A stretch of 64,000 nt of DNA. Origin: Candidatus Bathyarchaeia archaeon (lineage in GTDB: Archaea; Thermoproteota; Bathyarchaeia; Bathyarchaeales; Bathycorpusculaceae). The position numbers and the translations under genes were made by a program. Numbering within the stretch: position 1 is the first letter of the stretch; every line of letters starts with the position of its first letter. The notes beneath the pieces were generated by a model. The model saw only the letters and a list, made by a program, of their open reading frames with translations, was not told the DNA's origin and searched no databases. The DNA lies in the NCBI GenBank assembly GCA_038727135.1, contig JAVYWL010000001.1, positions 128,001 to 192,000 of the forward strand, read 5' to 3'. Positions 1 through 9,700 of this stretch are shown here, one piece after another.

Positions 1-562
1 CATACTCCGCACCTGTGTGGTAGGTGTCTCTAACAACAAAATCTAACTTGTCAACATCAATAGAACTTCTTATTATCTGGTTTAGGAAGGCTTTACCGCG
101 GATGGACAAGGAACCAACAGCGAGTTCAGCTATGTCTTCGGCTTTATACCCAAAATTGGCGAGAACATCTTTCAGCTCACTATTTTTGATTATCCACGCG
201 GTTATGTCCTCATGGGTTTTGTTAAGCTTTTTTGTCAACAAATGCTCAAAAACGTGGGAGAAAGGACCGTGTCCAACATCGTGGAGCAATCCGGCAATCC
301 GCACAGCCTCAGCTTCTTCTTCGCCTACCAGCTGGGAAACGTTTGGGTTTTCAGCCACCTTACCAGCCAAGTACATAACGCCTATGGAATGTTCAAAGCG
401 TGTGTGATTAGCCCCGGGATAAACGTATTCAGCGCCAGCCAACTGCCTCAGCCTACGGAGCCTCTGCACCGGATAAGAGTCTATTATTTCCTTCTCTTCC
501 TCTGTTATGTATACGTATCCATGCACAGGGTCTTTTATTTCACCCCAATAGCTTTTCGGCAT
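1..562 (-). CDS. HD-domain phosphohydrolase (dNTP triphosphohydrolase/SAMHD1-like), runs off the window start
   Basis: Not in the ORF track. Manual minus-strand translation from ATG 562: MPKSYWGEIKDPVHGYVYITEEEKEIIDSYPVQRLRRLRQLAGAEYVYPGANHTRFEHSIG, containing the DPVHG / QRLRR.RQL / HTRFEHS.G motifs of this family. Confidence 0.9.
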   Translation of the reverse strand, partial: MPKSYWGEIKDPVHGYVYITEEEKEIIDSYPVQRLRRLRQLAGAEYVYPGANHTRFEHSIGVMYLAGKVAENPNVSQLVGEEEAEAVRIAGLLHDVGHGPFSHVFEHLLTKKLNKTHEDITAWIIKNSELKDVLANFGYKAEDIAELAVGSLSIRGKAFLNQIIRSSIDVDKLDFVVRDTYHTGAEY

Positions 563-646
563 TGCAAATTCTCCAGCAATTGCAGCTTAACAATTATTAA
601 TGCATGCTCCTCTTATAATGTCTAATGCCGGCTGGAGGATAAAACA

Positions 647-1246
647 TTGGAAAAACGGGGGTTCTTCATATGTGTCGAAGGCTTGGACGGTTGCGGAAAA
701 ACGACCCAAGCCAAAATTCTAGTGAGGAAACTGCGGAAGATTGGCTACGATGCAGTTTACACAGCTGAACCAAGCCGTGGAAAAATTGGAAAATTTATAA
801 AGAGGTACTGCCTCCATGGCAGCAAACGTATCTCCAGCATAGTTGAAGCCTTACTCTTTGCTGCTGACCGATACGAACATGTGGAAACCGAAATAATCCC
901 AGCCTTAAAAGAGGGAAAAGTAGTGGTTTCCGACCGCTACCTTTACTCCTCTCTGGCTTATCAGGGAGCAGCTGGGCTAAACCTGGACTGGATTAGAAGA
1001 ATAAACGAGCATGCAATACCTCCAAATTTGGCGATTTTCATAGACGTGGAGCCAAACACTGTCATCAAAAGGCTGAAACCTAAAAAATCCGTCATGGAAA
1101 ATCTTGAAACCCAGCGTAAGGTTCGAGAAGTCTATCTGAAATTTGTTGAAAATGGTGAACTCGTCAGAGTGAATGGAAACAAATCGAAAAGGGAAGTTGC
1201 CAAAGAAATTTTGTCCACAGTTTTAGATCATTTGAAAGGCATCTAG
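647..1246 (+). CDS. tmk: thymidylate (dTMP) kinase
   Basis: EGLDGCGKTTQ P-loop, EP motif, VVSDRYLYSSLAYQG. Confidence 0.95.
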   Translation: MEKRGFFICVEGLDGCGKTTQAKILVRKLRKIGYDAVYTAEPSRGKIGKFIKRYCLHGSKRISSIVEALLFAADRYEHVETEIIPALKEGKVVVSDRYLYSSLAYQGAAGLNLDWIRRINEHAIPPNLAIFIDVEPNTVIKRLKPKKSVMENLETQRKVREVYLKFVENGELVRVNGNKSKREVAKEILSTVLDHLKGI

Positions 1247-1743
1247 ATAGTCTTCAAAACTTTTCGTGAATAAAATTTGTTAACCCTCTCAATGATTAGG
1301 TTGGCGAGGTCTTCTGGTGGCACGTGTCTCGGTCCCCTTTCATGAAAAATAAGCGCTTCCAAAGAGCCCATGTTGAATATTAGGCGGAGCATGTAATAGT
1401 CAAATTTCAGCGGAGACCTCTTCCCATCATGCTCTTTATAATATCGTATGGCGCAGAAAAAGTCCATTATCCGAAGAGAAGAACGACTGATTTCTCCCAA
1501 AACTATCCGTGCTTCCTCCGAGTCCAAATAGTTGAATGCGTCACCATCGGCTATTCCAAACTCGAAGGCAACAATGCAATCAGAGGTAGAAGGACTTGTG
1601 ACATCTTGCAGGCGCAGGTTTTCGTTGTTAAGTTTCTCTAGGCACTGGACCAAAACCCTTTGAAGTGTTTTATTGGAAATAGCGGTTGTGAAGCGCATAA
1701 CCTTCTGCACGTTCACTGGAAAATTTTCGTAAAAGCCTAGCAT
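1243..1743 (-). CDS. hypothetical protein
   Basis: 166-aa ORF with protein-like composition, packed tail-to-tail with tmk. Confidence 0.6.
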   Translation of the reverse strand: MLGFYENFPVNVQKVMRFTTAISNKTLQRVLVQCLEKLNNENLRLQDVTSPSTSDCIVAFEFGIADGDAFNYLDSEEARIVLGEISRSSLRIMDFFCAIRYYKEHDGKRSPLKFDYYMLRLIFNMGSLEALIFHERGPRHVPPEDLANLIIERVNKFYSRKVLKTI

Positions 1744-1764
1744 GCTTCCACCTCGCCTTAAGGG

Positions 1765-2151
1765 CTAGATTCTTTTGGCTTTCCTCACTTTTTCTAAATT
1801 TTCCAGCAGTCCAGAAAGCGCTGAACCGAGTTTCTGAAGCTCTTCAACATTCGTTTCATGCAGCATCTTTTCTTGAATCTCCTGTATTTTCGCCAGTAAA
1901 GTGGCCTCAAGGGTTTCAAGACTTAAGGCGCTTGTCACCTTTGCAAGCTCCGCCTCTTCTTTAACAACGATCACTTTTTTCTCGCACCGTGCACACCATA
2001 GCTCTCCGCTTTTAAGCCTAAACAATGGAGAAGCGCAAACGGGACAAGCTAACTCCGTTAAGGTTTGACCTTGACGTAGCAAGTCAGCCATACGCTTAAT
2101 ATACTGTTCTTCAGCTGTTTTTGCATCTGCTTCTTTTGTGTTTCGCGACAT
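1765..2151 (-). CDS. UPF0148 / autoantigen p27-like Zn-ribbon protein
   Basis: MADLLRQG..L..ACPVCASPLF...GELWCARCE then a coiled coil; divergent from UPF0147. Confidence 0.85.
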   Translation of the reverse strand: MSRNTKEADAKTAEEQYIKRMADLLRQGQTLTELACPVCASPLFRLKSGELWCARCEKKVIVVKEEAELAKVTSALSLETLEATLLAKIQEIQEKMLHETNVEELQKLGSALSGLLENLEKVRKAKRI

Positions 2152-2213
2152 CCCTCAAGCCTCGAAAATAGATAGGTATAAAAGCCTATATAACTTGATT
2201 ATCTGAAATTGGT

Positions 2214-2504
2214 GTGGTGACAGCCATGGTTAGGAAGAAGAAGCTTGAGGAGTATGAGGAGCGGATAAAGCAGGCTATGGCTGTGCTTGCTGAAGTTTCA
2301 GAAGACACGACAACTCCCCGTAACATTAGGAGGGCGGCTAAGGACTCGATGGACGCCTTGCAGACAACGGAGTTCACACCAGCTGTTAGAGCTTCAAACG
2401 CCATATCCATACTGGACGAGATTTTACAAGATCCAAACATGCCGCCCTACACGCGTGTTAAGCTTTGGAATGTTATGAGTATACTTGAAGCCATAAAAGA
2501 TTAG
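2214..2504 (+). CDS. UPF0147 family protein
   Basis: EDTTTPRNIRRAA...AISILDEILQDPNMP.YTRVKLW signature. Confidence 0.9.
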   Translation: MVTAMVRKKKLEEYEERIKQAMAVLAEVSEDTTTPRNIRRAAKDSMDALQTTEFTPAVRASNAISILDEILQDPNMPPYTRVKLWNVMSILEAIKD

Positions 2505-2544
2505 GAAACCAAACGCCAAAATTGCATTGGGGGTAGCGTTTTCA

Positions 2545-2895
2545 ATGAAAGTTTTCCATTATAGTGAGGTTAAACCAGAAGAAGCCATAGAAGAAGGAGC
2601 CTCAAAGTTAAAGGTTAGATGGCTGATTACACGGGAAATTGGTGCTCCGAATTTTGCAATGAGGCTTTTTGAAATGGAGCCTGGAGGACACAGTCCATTG
2701 CATACTCATCCATGGGAGCATGAAGTCTTCATTTTAGAGGGTGAAGGTGTTGTCGTCGGCGCCGATGGAGAAAGAAGGTTTAAGCCCGGCGACGTGGTTT
2801 TTGTTCCACCCAATGAGAAGCACCAGTTTAGAAACGACGGAAGCAAGACTGTGAAGTTTCTTTGTCTTGTTCCTCACCACGACAAATCTAAATAA
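2545..2895 (+). CDS. cupin domain protein
   Basis: PGGHSPLHTHPWEHEVFILEGEG and GDVVFVPPNEKH cupin motifs; ATG at 2545 preferred over the upstream TTG. Confidence 0.9.
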   Translation: MKVFHYSEVKPEEAIEEGASKLKVRWLITREIGAPNFAMRLFEMEPGGHSPLHTHPWEHEVFILEGEGVVVGADGERRFKPGDVVFVPPNEKHQFRNDGSKTVKFLCLVPHHDKSK

Positions 2896-2993
2896 GGCTT
2901 GACTTAGTCTAGCCATAGTTGCTGTTTTGGAATTCGCTAAAAATATATGCCTGTTGTTACATCTAGTTTTGGGCTTCAAAGAGGTATAAGGCT

Positions 2994-4394
2994 TTGAGAT
3001 ACGATGTGATAATTGTCGGCGCCGGTCCGGCTGGGATATTTTCAGCCCTTGAAATAGTTGGAAAAGCCGACCTCAACATATTGATGCTTGATAAGGGTCC
3101 AGACCTAGAGCGGAGGAAATGTCCAGCCAGCAGAGGCTTTGGATGCGTAAACTGTGAGCCATGCGGGCTTCTATGTGGTTGGGGCGGGGCTGGAGCCTTC
3201 AGCGATGGCAAACTAACCATATCAACAGAGGTTGGCGGCTGGTTAAACCAATATGTTTCAGAAAGGGAGTTGAGCGAACTGATAGATTATGTAGACAGCG
3301 TTTACATTAAATTTGGCGCTCCAAACCGTGTTTATGGCGAAGACGTAGAAAAAGTTGAGGAAATCGAGAGAAAGGCGTCATTAGCTGGACTGAAACTTAT
3401 CCACCAGAAGATTAGGCACATGGGAACAGAACGATGCGCCCAAACACTGCGAAAGATGCGCCAAGAACTCAACGGAAAAGTCGACATCAGAATGGGGAAG
3501 GACGTTAAAGGGCTCATAGTGAAAAACGGCGCCATAGAAGGGGTCGAAACAGTTGATGGCGAAAAGTTCTTCGGCAAATATGTTATTGTAGCGCCAGGAA
3601 GGGGCGGTGCAGAATGGCTTCAAACAGAAGCCCAAGCATTAGGTTTAAAAACACTTAACAACCCCGTGGACGTCGGCGTCAGAGTAGAAGTTTTAGCCGC
3701 GGTAATGGAGGAGCTAACAAACATTCTCTATGAACCAAAATTTGTTTACTATTCAAAGTTTTTCGACGATCAGGTTAGGACTTTCTGCGTAGCGCCATAC
3801 GGCGAGGTCATATCTGAATCCTACAATGGAGTCTTAACGGTTAACGGTCAAAGCTATGCAGAGCGGAAGACGGAAAACACAAATTTCGCTATTCTCGTCA
3901 GCACCTCATTTACAGAACCGTTTAAAGAGCCAATAGCCTATGGAAAATATCTGGCAAGGCTTTCGAACCTCCTAAGCGGAGGCATCCTAATACAGCGTTT
4001 AGGCGACTTGGAAGCTGGAAGACGCTCAACGCCAGAGAGGATCGCAAGAAGTGTTGTAACGCCAACCTTGAAGAACGCCACACCCGGCGACTTGAGCTTT
4101 GTTTTACCATACCGCTATCTTGCAGATATAAGGGAGATGCTGGAAGCCCTCGACAAGATAGCCCCTGGAATACACTCGCGAGACACACTATTATATGGTG
4201 TCGAAGTGAAATTCTACTCTTCAAGACTGGAACTGAGCAACGCCCTTGAAACAAAAATACGAAACCTATTCACAATAGGCGACGGTGCAGGAGTAACAAG
4301 AGGACTAATACAGGCGTCGGCATCCGGCGTCATAGTAGCAAGAGAGATCTTGAAGCGTGAAAAACAGAAGGTTAAAGGAAATGTCAATCGTTAA
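2994..4394 (+). CDS. FAD-dependent oxidoreductase (uncharacterised, COG2509-like)
   Basis: IVGAGPAG Rossmann motif, GWGGAGAFSDGKL, C-terminal GDGAGVTRG. Confidence 0.85.
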   Translation: MRYDVIIVGAGPAGIFSALEIVGKADLNILMLDKGPDLERRKCPASRGFGCVNCEPCGLLCGWGGAGAFSDGKLTISTEVGGWLNQYVSERELSELIDYVDSVYIKFGAPNRVYGEDVEKVEEIERKASLAGLKLIHQKIRHMGTERCAQTLRKMRQELNGKVDIRMGKDVKGLIVKNGAIEGVETVDGEKFFGKYVIVAPGRGGAEWLQTEAQALGLKTLNNPVDVGVRVEVLAAVMEELTNILYEPKFVYYSKFFDDQVRTFCVAPYGEVISESYNGVLTVNGQSYAERKTENTNFAILVSTSFTEPFKEPIAYGKYLARLSNLLSGGILIQRLGDLEAGRRSTPERIARSVVTPTLKNATPGDLSFVLPYRYLADIREMLEALDKIAPGIHSRDTLLYGVEVKFYSSRLELSNALETKIRNLFTIGDGAGVTRGLIQASASGVIVAREILKREKQKVKGNVNR

Positions 4395-5133
4395 GGAGTT
4401 AAGTTGCTCCTACTGTGGCGCACCTATCTCTTTTGAGCCGGGCGAAATTATAGCAACATGCAGATACTGCGGCTACACGGTGATAATTGAAACCGGAAAA
4501 GCCTTCACCTTTGAGCATTCAATGCTGCTGAACAAGTATAATTTGGTGCAAGTAGAAGAGCCTATCAGAGGTTGGATGAGTTCTGGATTTCTCAAACCGG
4601 CAGATCTAGCTAAGAGGTCAAAAATAATTGAGAAGACGCTGATATACCTCCCCTTCTGGATCATATCGGTTGAAGCGGAAAGCACCTACAAAGGCATTTT
4701 TGAAAGGATAACCCCACCCCTTATGAAGGAGGGGAAGATCGTGAAAAAGTATGACTGGCTTGTTCTTGCAAGGAAAGCCACACAATTTCCAACGAGAGAA
4801 TACGACGTTCCATTAGAGGGTAAGATTCCATACGACTTTAGGAAAATTGAGGATTTCGCAAAAATATTAAACAGCGAAATCGACAGAGATGAGGCTGTTG
4901 AAATCGCTAAACAGCAGATTGTGGAACACCACCAATACCTCGCACAGCAAGATGTCGACAGAATCATTGAAATGAAAAACGAGATAAAAATTGGTCAAAC
5001 GGTTTACCTTCACGCGCCGATATGGTTCATAAAATACGAGTATAGGGGCGAAATCTACAATTTGTGGCTGGATGGAGCAACGGGGACCGTCATAAAAGGG
5101 GACATACCAATAGCCAAATTTGGGATATTATAG
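4381..5133 (+). CDS. Zn-ribbon domain protein
   Basis: CSYCGA...CRYCG at the N-terminus, YLPFW and LHAPIW motifs; ATG 4381 overlaps the upstream gene end. Confidence 0.7.
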   Translation: MSIVKELSCSYCGAPISFEPGEIIATCRYCGYTVIIETGKAFTFEHSMLLNKYNLVQVEEPIRGWMSSGFLKPADLAKRSKIIEKTLIYLPFWIISVEAESTYKGIFERITPPLMKEGKIVKKYDWLVLARKATQFPTREYDVPLEGKIPYDFRKIEDFAKILNSEIDRDEAVEIAKQQIVEHHQYLAQQDVDRIIEMKNEIKIGQTVYLHAPIWFIKYEYRGEIYNLWLDGATGTVIKGDIPIAKFGIL

Positions 5134-5215
5134 GCTTTGCTAAACCTTATTCTAATTCTAAACATTTTTTATCCACATACCACAAAAAGAATATTCGGTA
5201 AGGGTTGAAAGCCCA

Positions 5216-6826
5216 ATGGGCAGCGAAATCATCGGTCGAGGAACATGGTACGACAAAATGGCTCTGAAAATAATTGAAAGAGAGCGGAAGCTGGGCAGAA
5301 GCCTAGACATAATAAGGACCGAGATGGGGCTGGGAGCTTCAGGTTTTCCCCACATTGGAAGTTTAGGCGACGCCGCTCGCGCCTACGCTGTCACCCTAGC
5401 CTTGAGGGAGCAAGGCTACCGTTCAGAGCTAATAGCCTTTTGCGACGACAAAGACGGACTACGCAAAGTCCCGGCGGGGCTGCCGAAAACTCTAGAGAAA
5501 TATTTGGGATTTCCTGTCACGGACATACCAGACCCGTTTAAATGCCATGACAGTTACGGCAGACACATGAGCCATCTCCTACTTGAAGCCCTAGACAAAT
5601 GCAACATAGAATACCATTACATATCGGCAAAAGACGCCTACAAAAACGGCTTACTAAACAACGAAATCCGAATATTGCTCTTAAATGCGAAGAAGGTTGG
5701 GGAAATTGTCAAGGAAGAGGTGGGACAAGAAAGATACATGGAGGTCTTGCCATACTTCGCAGTTTGCGGAAACTGTGGGAGAATATACACCACAAAAGCG
5801 CTGGAATACCTTCCAAAAGAGGATAAGGTGCTTTACGTTTGCGATGGTATGGAAATTAAGGGCAGGTGGATTGAAGGCTGTGGATACAAAGGCGAAGCCA
5901 ACATTACAAAGGGTGAGGGAAAGTTAAGCTGGAAGGGCGAATTTGCAGCAAGATGGAAAGCCCTAGACATAAGGTTTGAGGCTTATGGCAAGGATATTGC
6001 CGACTCGGTTCGCGTAAATGACAGAATATGCCGCGAAGTGTTAGGCTGCGAACCGCCAGCCCACGCAAAATATGAAATGTTCCTTGACAAAAGCGGGAGA
6101 AAAATTTCAAAGTCAACAGGCAACGTTTTCACGCCGCAAGTATGGTTTAGGTATGGTTCACCCCAATCGCTCATGCTCCTCATGCTAAAAAGGTTTGTTG
6201 GGACTCGCACTTTGGACGTGACGGACATACCGTCATACATGAACGAATTGGACTATTTGGAAGACATATACTTTGGAAAGAAGATAATTCCAGACAAAAA
6301 GGAGCTAGCAAAGCTTAGAGGCTTATATGAGTACTGCTGGGTCTTAAAACCGCCCAAACAACCGAGCATACATGTGCCATACAACATTCTAACTTTTCTG
6401 GCAAAAATCGCGCCGAAAGGCAAAGAAATAGAGTTCATAACAGAAAAGCTCCAAAGCTACGGCTACCTACAAAAAGGACAACAACCAGACCAAAACCTAA
6501 GAAGGCGAATAGAATATGCCCTCAACTGGGTTAAAGACTTCGAAGAAATCCGAGAAACAGCTATAACCCTAAAACCAGAAGAGAAAAACGCCATAAAAGA
6601 ACTAATCGAAACCCTAAAAACAGAAGAAGAAGCGGAAAAAATACAAAACGCTATATTCAATACTGCCAAAAAACACGGCATACCACCGCCAGAACTCTTC
6701 AAAACCCTATACAACATACTAATAGGCGCGCCACAAGGACCCAGACTAGGCCCATACATAACCGCCATGGGCAAACAAAACGTGATAAACGCCCTACAAA
6801 GAGCGTTAAACCAAAGTCAGAAATGA
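5216..6826 (+). CDS. lysS: lysyl-tRNA synthetase, class I
   Basis: GASGFPHIGS (HIGH-like), KISKS (KMSKS-like), C-terminal GPRLG. Confidence 0.95.
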   Translation: MGSEIIGRGTWYDKMALKIIERERKLGRSLDIIRTEMGLGASGFPHIGSLGDAARAYAVTLALREQGYRSELIAFCDDKDGLRKVPAGLPKTLEKYLGFPVTDIPDPFKCHDSYGRHMSHLLLEALDKCNIEYHYISAKDAYKNGLLNNEIRILLLNAKKVGEIVKEEVGQERYMEVLPYFAVCGNCGRIYTTKALEYLPKEDKVLYVCDGMEIKGRWIEGCGYKGEANITKGEGKLSWKGEFAARWKALDIRFEAYGKDIADSVRVNDRICREVLGCEPPAHAKYEMFLDKSGRKISKSTGNVFTPQVWFRYGSPQSLMLLMLKRFVGTRTLDVTDIPSYMNELDYLEDIYFGKKIIPDKKELAKLRGLYEYCWVLKPPKQPSIHVPYNILTFLAKIAPKGKEIEFITEKLQSYGYLQKGQQPDQNLRRRIEYALNWVKDFEEIRETAITLKPEEKNAIKELIETLKTEEEAEKIQNAIFNTAKKHGIPPPELFKTLYNILIGAPQGPRLGPYITAMGKQNVINALQRALNQSQK

Positions 6827-6829
6827 TCT

Positions 6830-7822
6830 TCAACTTTTTGCTAGATGACAAGCCACGAAATGCTCTGCTGCTACAGCTCTCAATTCTGGCTCCTCTTTTG
6901 CGCATATATTTTCGGCGAACGGGCATCTTGGGTGAAAACGGCAGCCCGTGGGAATTTTTATAGCTGAAGGCACTTCACCCTTAAGCTCTATCACTTTCCT
7001 TTTACGTTCCGGATTTGGAACAGGTATGGCTGAAAGAAGCGCTTGAGTGTAGGGATGCACGGGTTTTAAGAATATTTCTTTTTTATCGCCCATTTCCACG
7101 ATTTTTCCGAGGTACATTATCGCGATTCTGTCAGAAATGTATTTGGCTATTGCCAAATCATGTGTTATGAAAAGATATGTGAGTTGCAATGCTTTTTTAA
7201 GGTCTAACATCAAGTCAATTATAGTTGTTCTAAGAGAGACATCAATCATGGAAACTGGTTCGTCTGCAACAATAAATTCAGGTTCTAAGATAAGTGACCG
7301 CGCCATTGCTGCCCTCTGTCTTTGTCCTCCGCTCAGCTGATGGGGGTATAAATCTATGAATTGTTCTGGAGGTGTTAAGCCGACACGTTCCAACATCGCC
7401 AAAACTTTCTTCCGCTTTTCCTCACCCGTAGCTAATCCGTGAATCTCCAGCGGATGTCCTATGGCGTCTCCTATTCTCATTCGAGGATTAAATGAAGCGT
7501 AAGGATCTTGAAAGATTATCTGCATTTTTCTTCTCACAAGCCTTAATTCATTCTGGCCCAGTTTTGTTATTTCCTGATCTTTAAAAAACACCTTTCCAGA
7601 TGTTGGCGGAATAAGCCCTAAAATAAGCTTCCCAGTGGTGGTTTTTCCACAACCACTTTCACCAGCCAAAGTGAAAACTTCACCCTTCCGAACAGAGAAA
7701 GTTACACCGTCAACCGCGTGGACAAAGCTTCTGGTGCGAGTTAGTAATCTCTCTAAAAAGCTTTTTTCAACCGGAAAATACTTTTTCAAGTTTTCAACCC
7801 TTATAATCTCTGTTTGACTCAT
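6830..7822 (-). CDS. oligo/dipeptide ABC transporter ATP-binding subunit (DppF/OppF)
   Basis: GESGCGKT, LSGGQRQR, ADEP, C-terminal GCRFHPRC domain. Confidence 0.93.
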   Translation of the reverse strand: MSQTEIIRVENLKKYFPVEKSFLERLLTRTRSFVHAVDGVTFSVRKGEVFTLAGESGCGKTTTGKLILGLIPPTSGKVFFKDQEITKLGQNELRLVRRKMQIIFQDPYASFNPRMRIGDAIGHPLEIHGLATGEEKRKKVLAMLERVGLTPPEQFIDLYPHQLSGGQRQRAAMARSLILEPEFIVADEPVSMIDVSLRTTIIDLMLDLKKALQLTYLFITHDLAIAKYISDRIAIMYLGKIVEMGDKKEIFLKPVHPYTQALLSAIPVPNPERKRKVIELKGEVPSAIKIPTGCRFHPRCPFAENICAKEEPELRAVAAEHFVACHLAKS

Positions 7823-7828
7823 TTTCCG

Positions 7829-8809
7829 CTATCCCCCATACAAAAAGCAGCGAATAAGGTGGTCTGTTTCGGTTTCTACCAATTGTGGAATGGCTTTTCT
7901 ACACTTCTCCATAGCGTAAGAGCAGCGGGGCCAAAACCGGCAACCCTTTGGAGGGCTAAGGAGATCTGGAGGGGATCCCGGTATGGCTTCAAGTTTTTGG
8001 TCTGCCAACTCGATGTTTGGAATGGATTTTAAAAGGCCTTGTGTATACGGATGCTGGGGATTTTTATAGACATTCCTTATATTGGAATACTCAACCATTT
8101 GTCCGGCATACATCACAAGAATTTTGTCACATCTTTCAATCGTTATGCTTAAGTCGTGTGTGATAAAGATGAGGGCCATAGAATACATGTTTTGAACATC
8201 CTTTAGGAGGTCAAGTATCTTTGCTTGAACAATTACGTCTAATGCTGTTGTTGGTTCGTCGGCGACAACCACGCATGGATTTAGGGTTATTGCTAAAGCT
8301 ATCATCACACGTTGCCGCATTCCACCGCTTAACTGATGCGGATAGTCGTCGATGCGCTCGGGTTGTATACCAACATCTGCAAGAAGCCTCTCCGCGCGTT
8401 TAAAGGCCTCATCCCTGCTCACGTTTGGTTCATGGGTTTGAATTAACTCTACAAAGTGTTCGCCTATTCGCTTAACCGGGTTTAAAGAAGTCATTGGATC
8501 TTGAAAAACGAAGGAGATTTTCCTTCCCCTAATGTTTCTTATTTCGCCCTCACGAAGCTTTAAAATGTCTTTACCCTCAAGCCACACATTTCCTTTAACT
8601 ATTCTACCCGGCGGAGGAACGAGACGGATCAAGGAAAGACCTAATGTGGACTTTCCAGAGCCCGACTCTCCAACTACACCCAGAGTTTCAGCCTTATCCA
8701 AAGAGAAGGAGACGTCGTCTACTGCTCGCACTTTTCCCTTTCTTGTCCAGTATTCAACTGTTAAGTTTTCCACAGTCAACAGTTGTTTTTGCATTTCCTT
8801 ATTCTCCAA
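7829..8809 (-). CDS. oligo/dipeptide ABC transporter ATP-binding subunit (DppD/OppD)
   Basis: GESGSGKS, LSGGMRQR, ADEPTTALD, GCRFWPRC. Confidence 0.93.
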   Translation of the reverse strand: MENKEMQKQLLTVENLTVEYWTRKGKVRAVDDVSFSLDKAETLGVVGESGSGKSTLGLSLIRLVPPPGRIVKGNVWLEGKDILKLREGEIRNIRGRKISFVFQDPMTSLNPVKRIGEHFVELIQTHEPNVSRDEAFKRAERLLADVGIQPERIDDYPHQLSGGMRQRVMIALAITLNPCVVVADEPTTALDVIVQAKILDLLKDVQNMYSMALIFITHDLSITIERCDKILVMYAGQMVEYSNIRNVYKNPQHPYTQGLLKSIPNIELADQKLEAIPGSPPDLLSPPKGCRFWPRCSYAMEKCRKAIPQLVETETDHLIRCFLYGG

Positions 8810-9689
8810 GTTTCGGATTTAATATTTCGCTCAGTCCCTCCCCCATTAACGTGAATCCCAAGGCTAAAAGGATTATAAATATTCCAGGAAATGTTATTAC
8901 CCACCAAGCTCCACTTGGAAGAAGTTTACGACCGTTTGCAAGATCCCATCCCCAGTCAGGGACGTCTACTTCAACGCCTAAACCGACGAAGGTTAAACCA
9001 GCAGCCGTAAGGATGGCGTCGGCAAAATTTACGGTTGCAACAACAACTATTGATGGAACAACATTTGGCAAAATATATTTGAAGAGTATTGTGCTGCTTT
9101 TTGCCCCAATGGATCGAGCGGCCTCAACGTAGGGCATCTCTTTTATGCTTAGCACCTGACTTCGAACAACTCTGAAGTAGGATGGAACGTATACCACGGC
9201 TATTGATAAGGCCATGTTCACAACTCCTCTACCAAGCATTGCCGCAATTGCAATCGCAAGAATTAGACTGGGGAACGCGTAAATGCTGTCCATAACGAGG
9301 CAAATGCCTCTATCGAGCATCCCACCAATATAGGACGAGAATAGCCCTACCGGAACTCCAATTGCTAAGCAGATCGCAACTGATAGAAAAGCAACTTGAA
9401 GCATTATACCCCCTCCAGATATCACTCTACTTAACATGTCCTGGCCGAGATGATTAGTTCCGAAAGGAAATTTGGAGTTGGGTGGGGTTAGTGGCGCACC
9501 AACGTTTACTCCTTTAGTTGTTGGATCGTATGGAGAAATCCATGGAGCCAGCAAAGTCATAAGAATTATTGACGTTACTATAGCGGCGCCTAAGATTACA
9601 AGCCATCCAGACAACCCTCTCTCTTTCAGAGAACCTATGGCTGGAATAATGCTCGAAAGCATGCCTCGCTTTATACCAAACTTACTCAT
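8799..9689 (-). CDS. peptide ABC transporter permease (DppC/OppC)
   Basis: FGTNHLGQD, YVEAARSIGA (EAA loop), multiple TM helices. Confidence 0.92.
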   Translation of the reverse strand: MSKFGIKRGMLSSIIPAIGSLKERGLSGWLVILGAAIVTSIILMTLLAPWISPYDPTTKGVNVGAPLTPPNSKFPFGTNHLGQDMLSRVISGGGIMLQVAFLSVAICLAIGVPVGLFSSYIGGMLDRGICLVMDSIYAFPSLILAIAIAAMLGRGVVNMALSIAVVYVPSYFRVVRSQVLSIKEMPYVEAARSIGAKSSTILFKYILPNVVPSIVVVATVNFADAILTAAGLTFVGLGVEVDVPDWGWDLANGRKLLPSGAWWVITFPGIFIILLALGFTLMGEGLSEILNPKLGE

Positions 9690-9700
9690 GATGGCCCCCC

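Noticed and set aside
24-625. Plus-strand ORFs 24-407 and 212-625
   Set aside because: Antisense shadows of the minus-strand HD hydrolase gene, which carries clear family motifs
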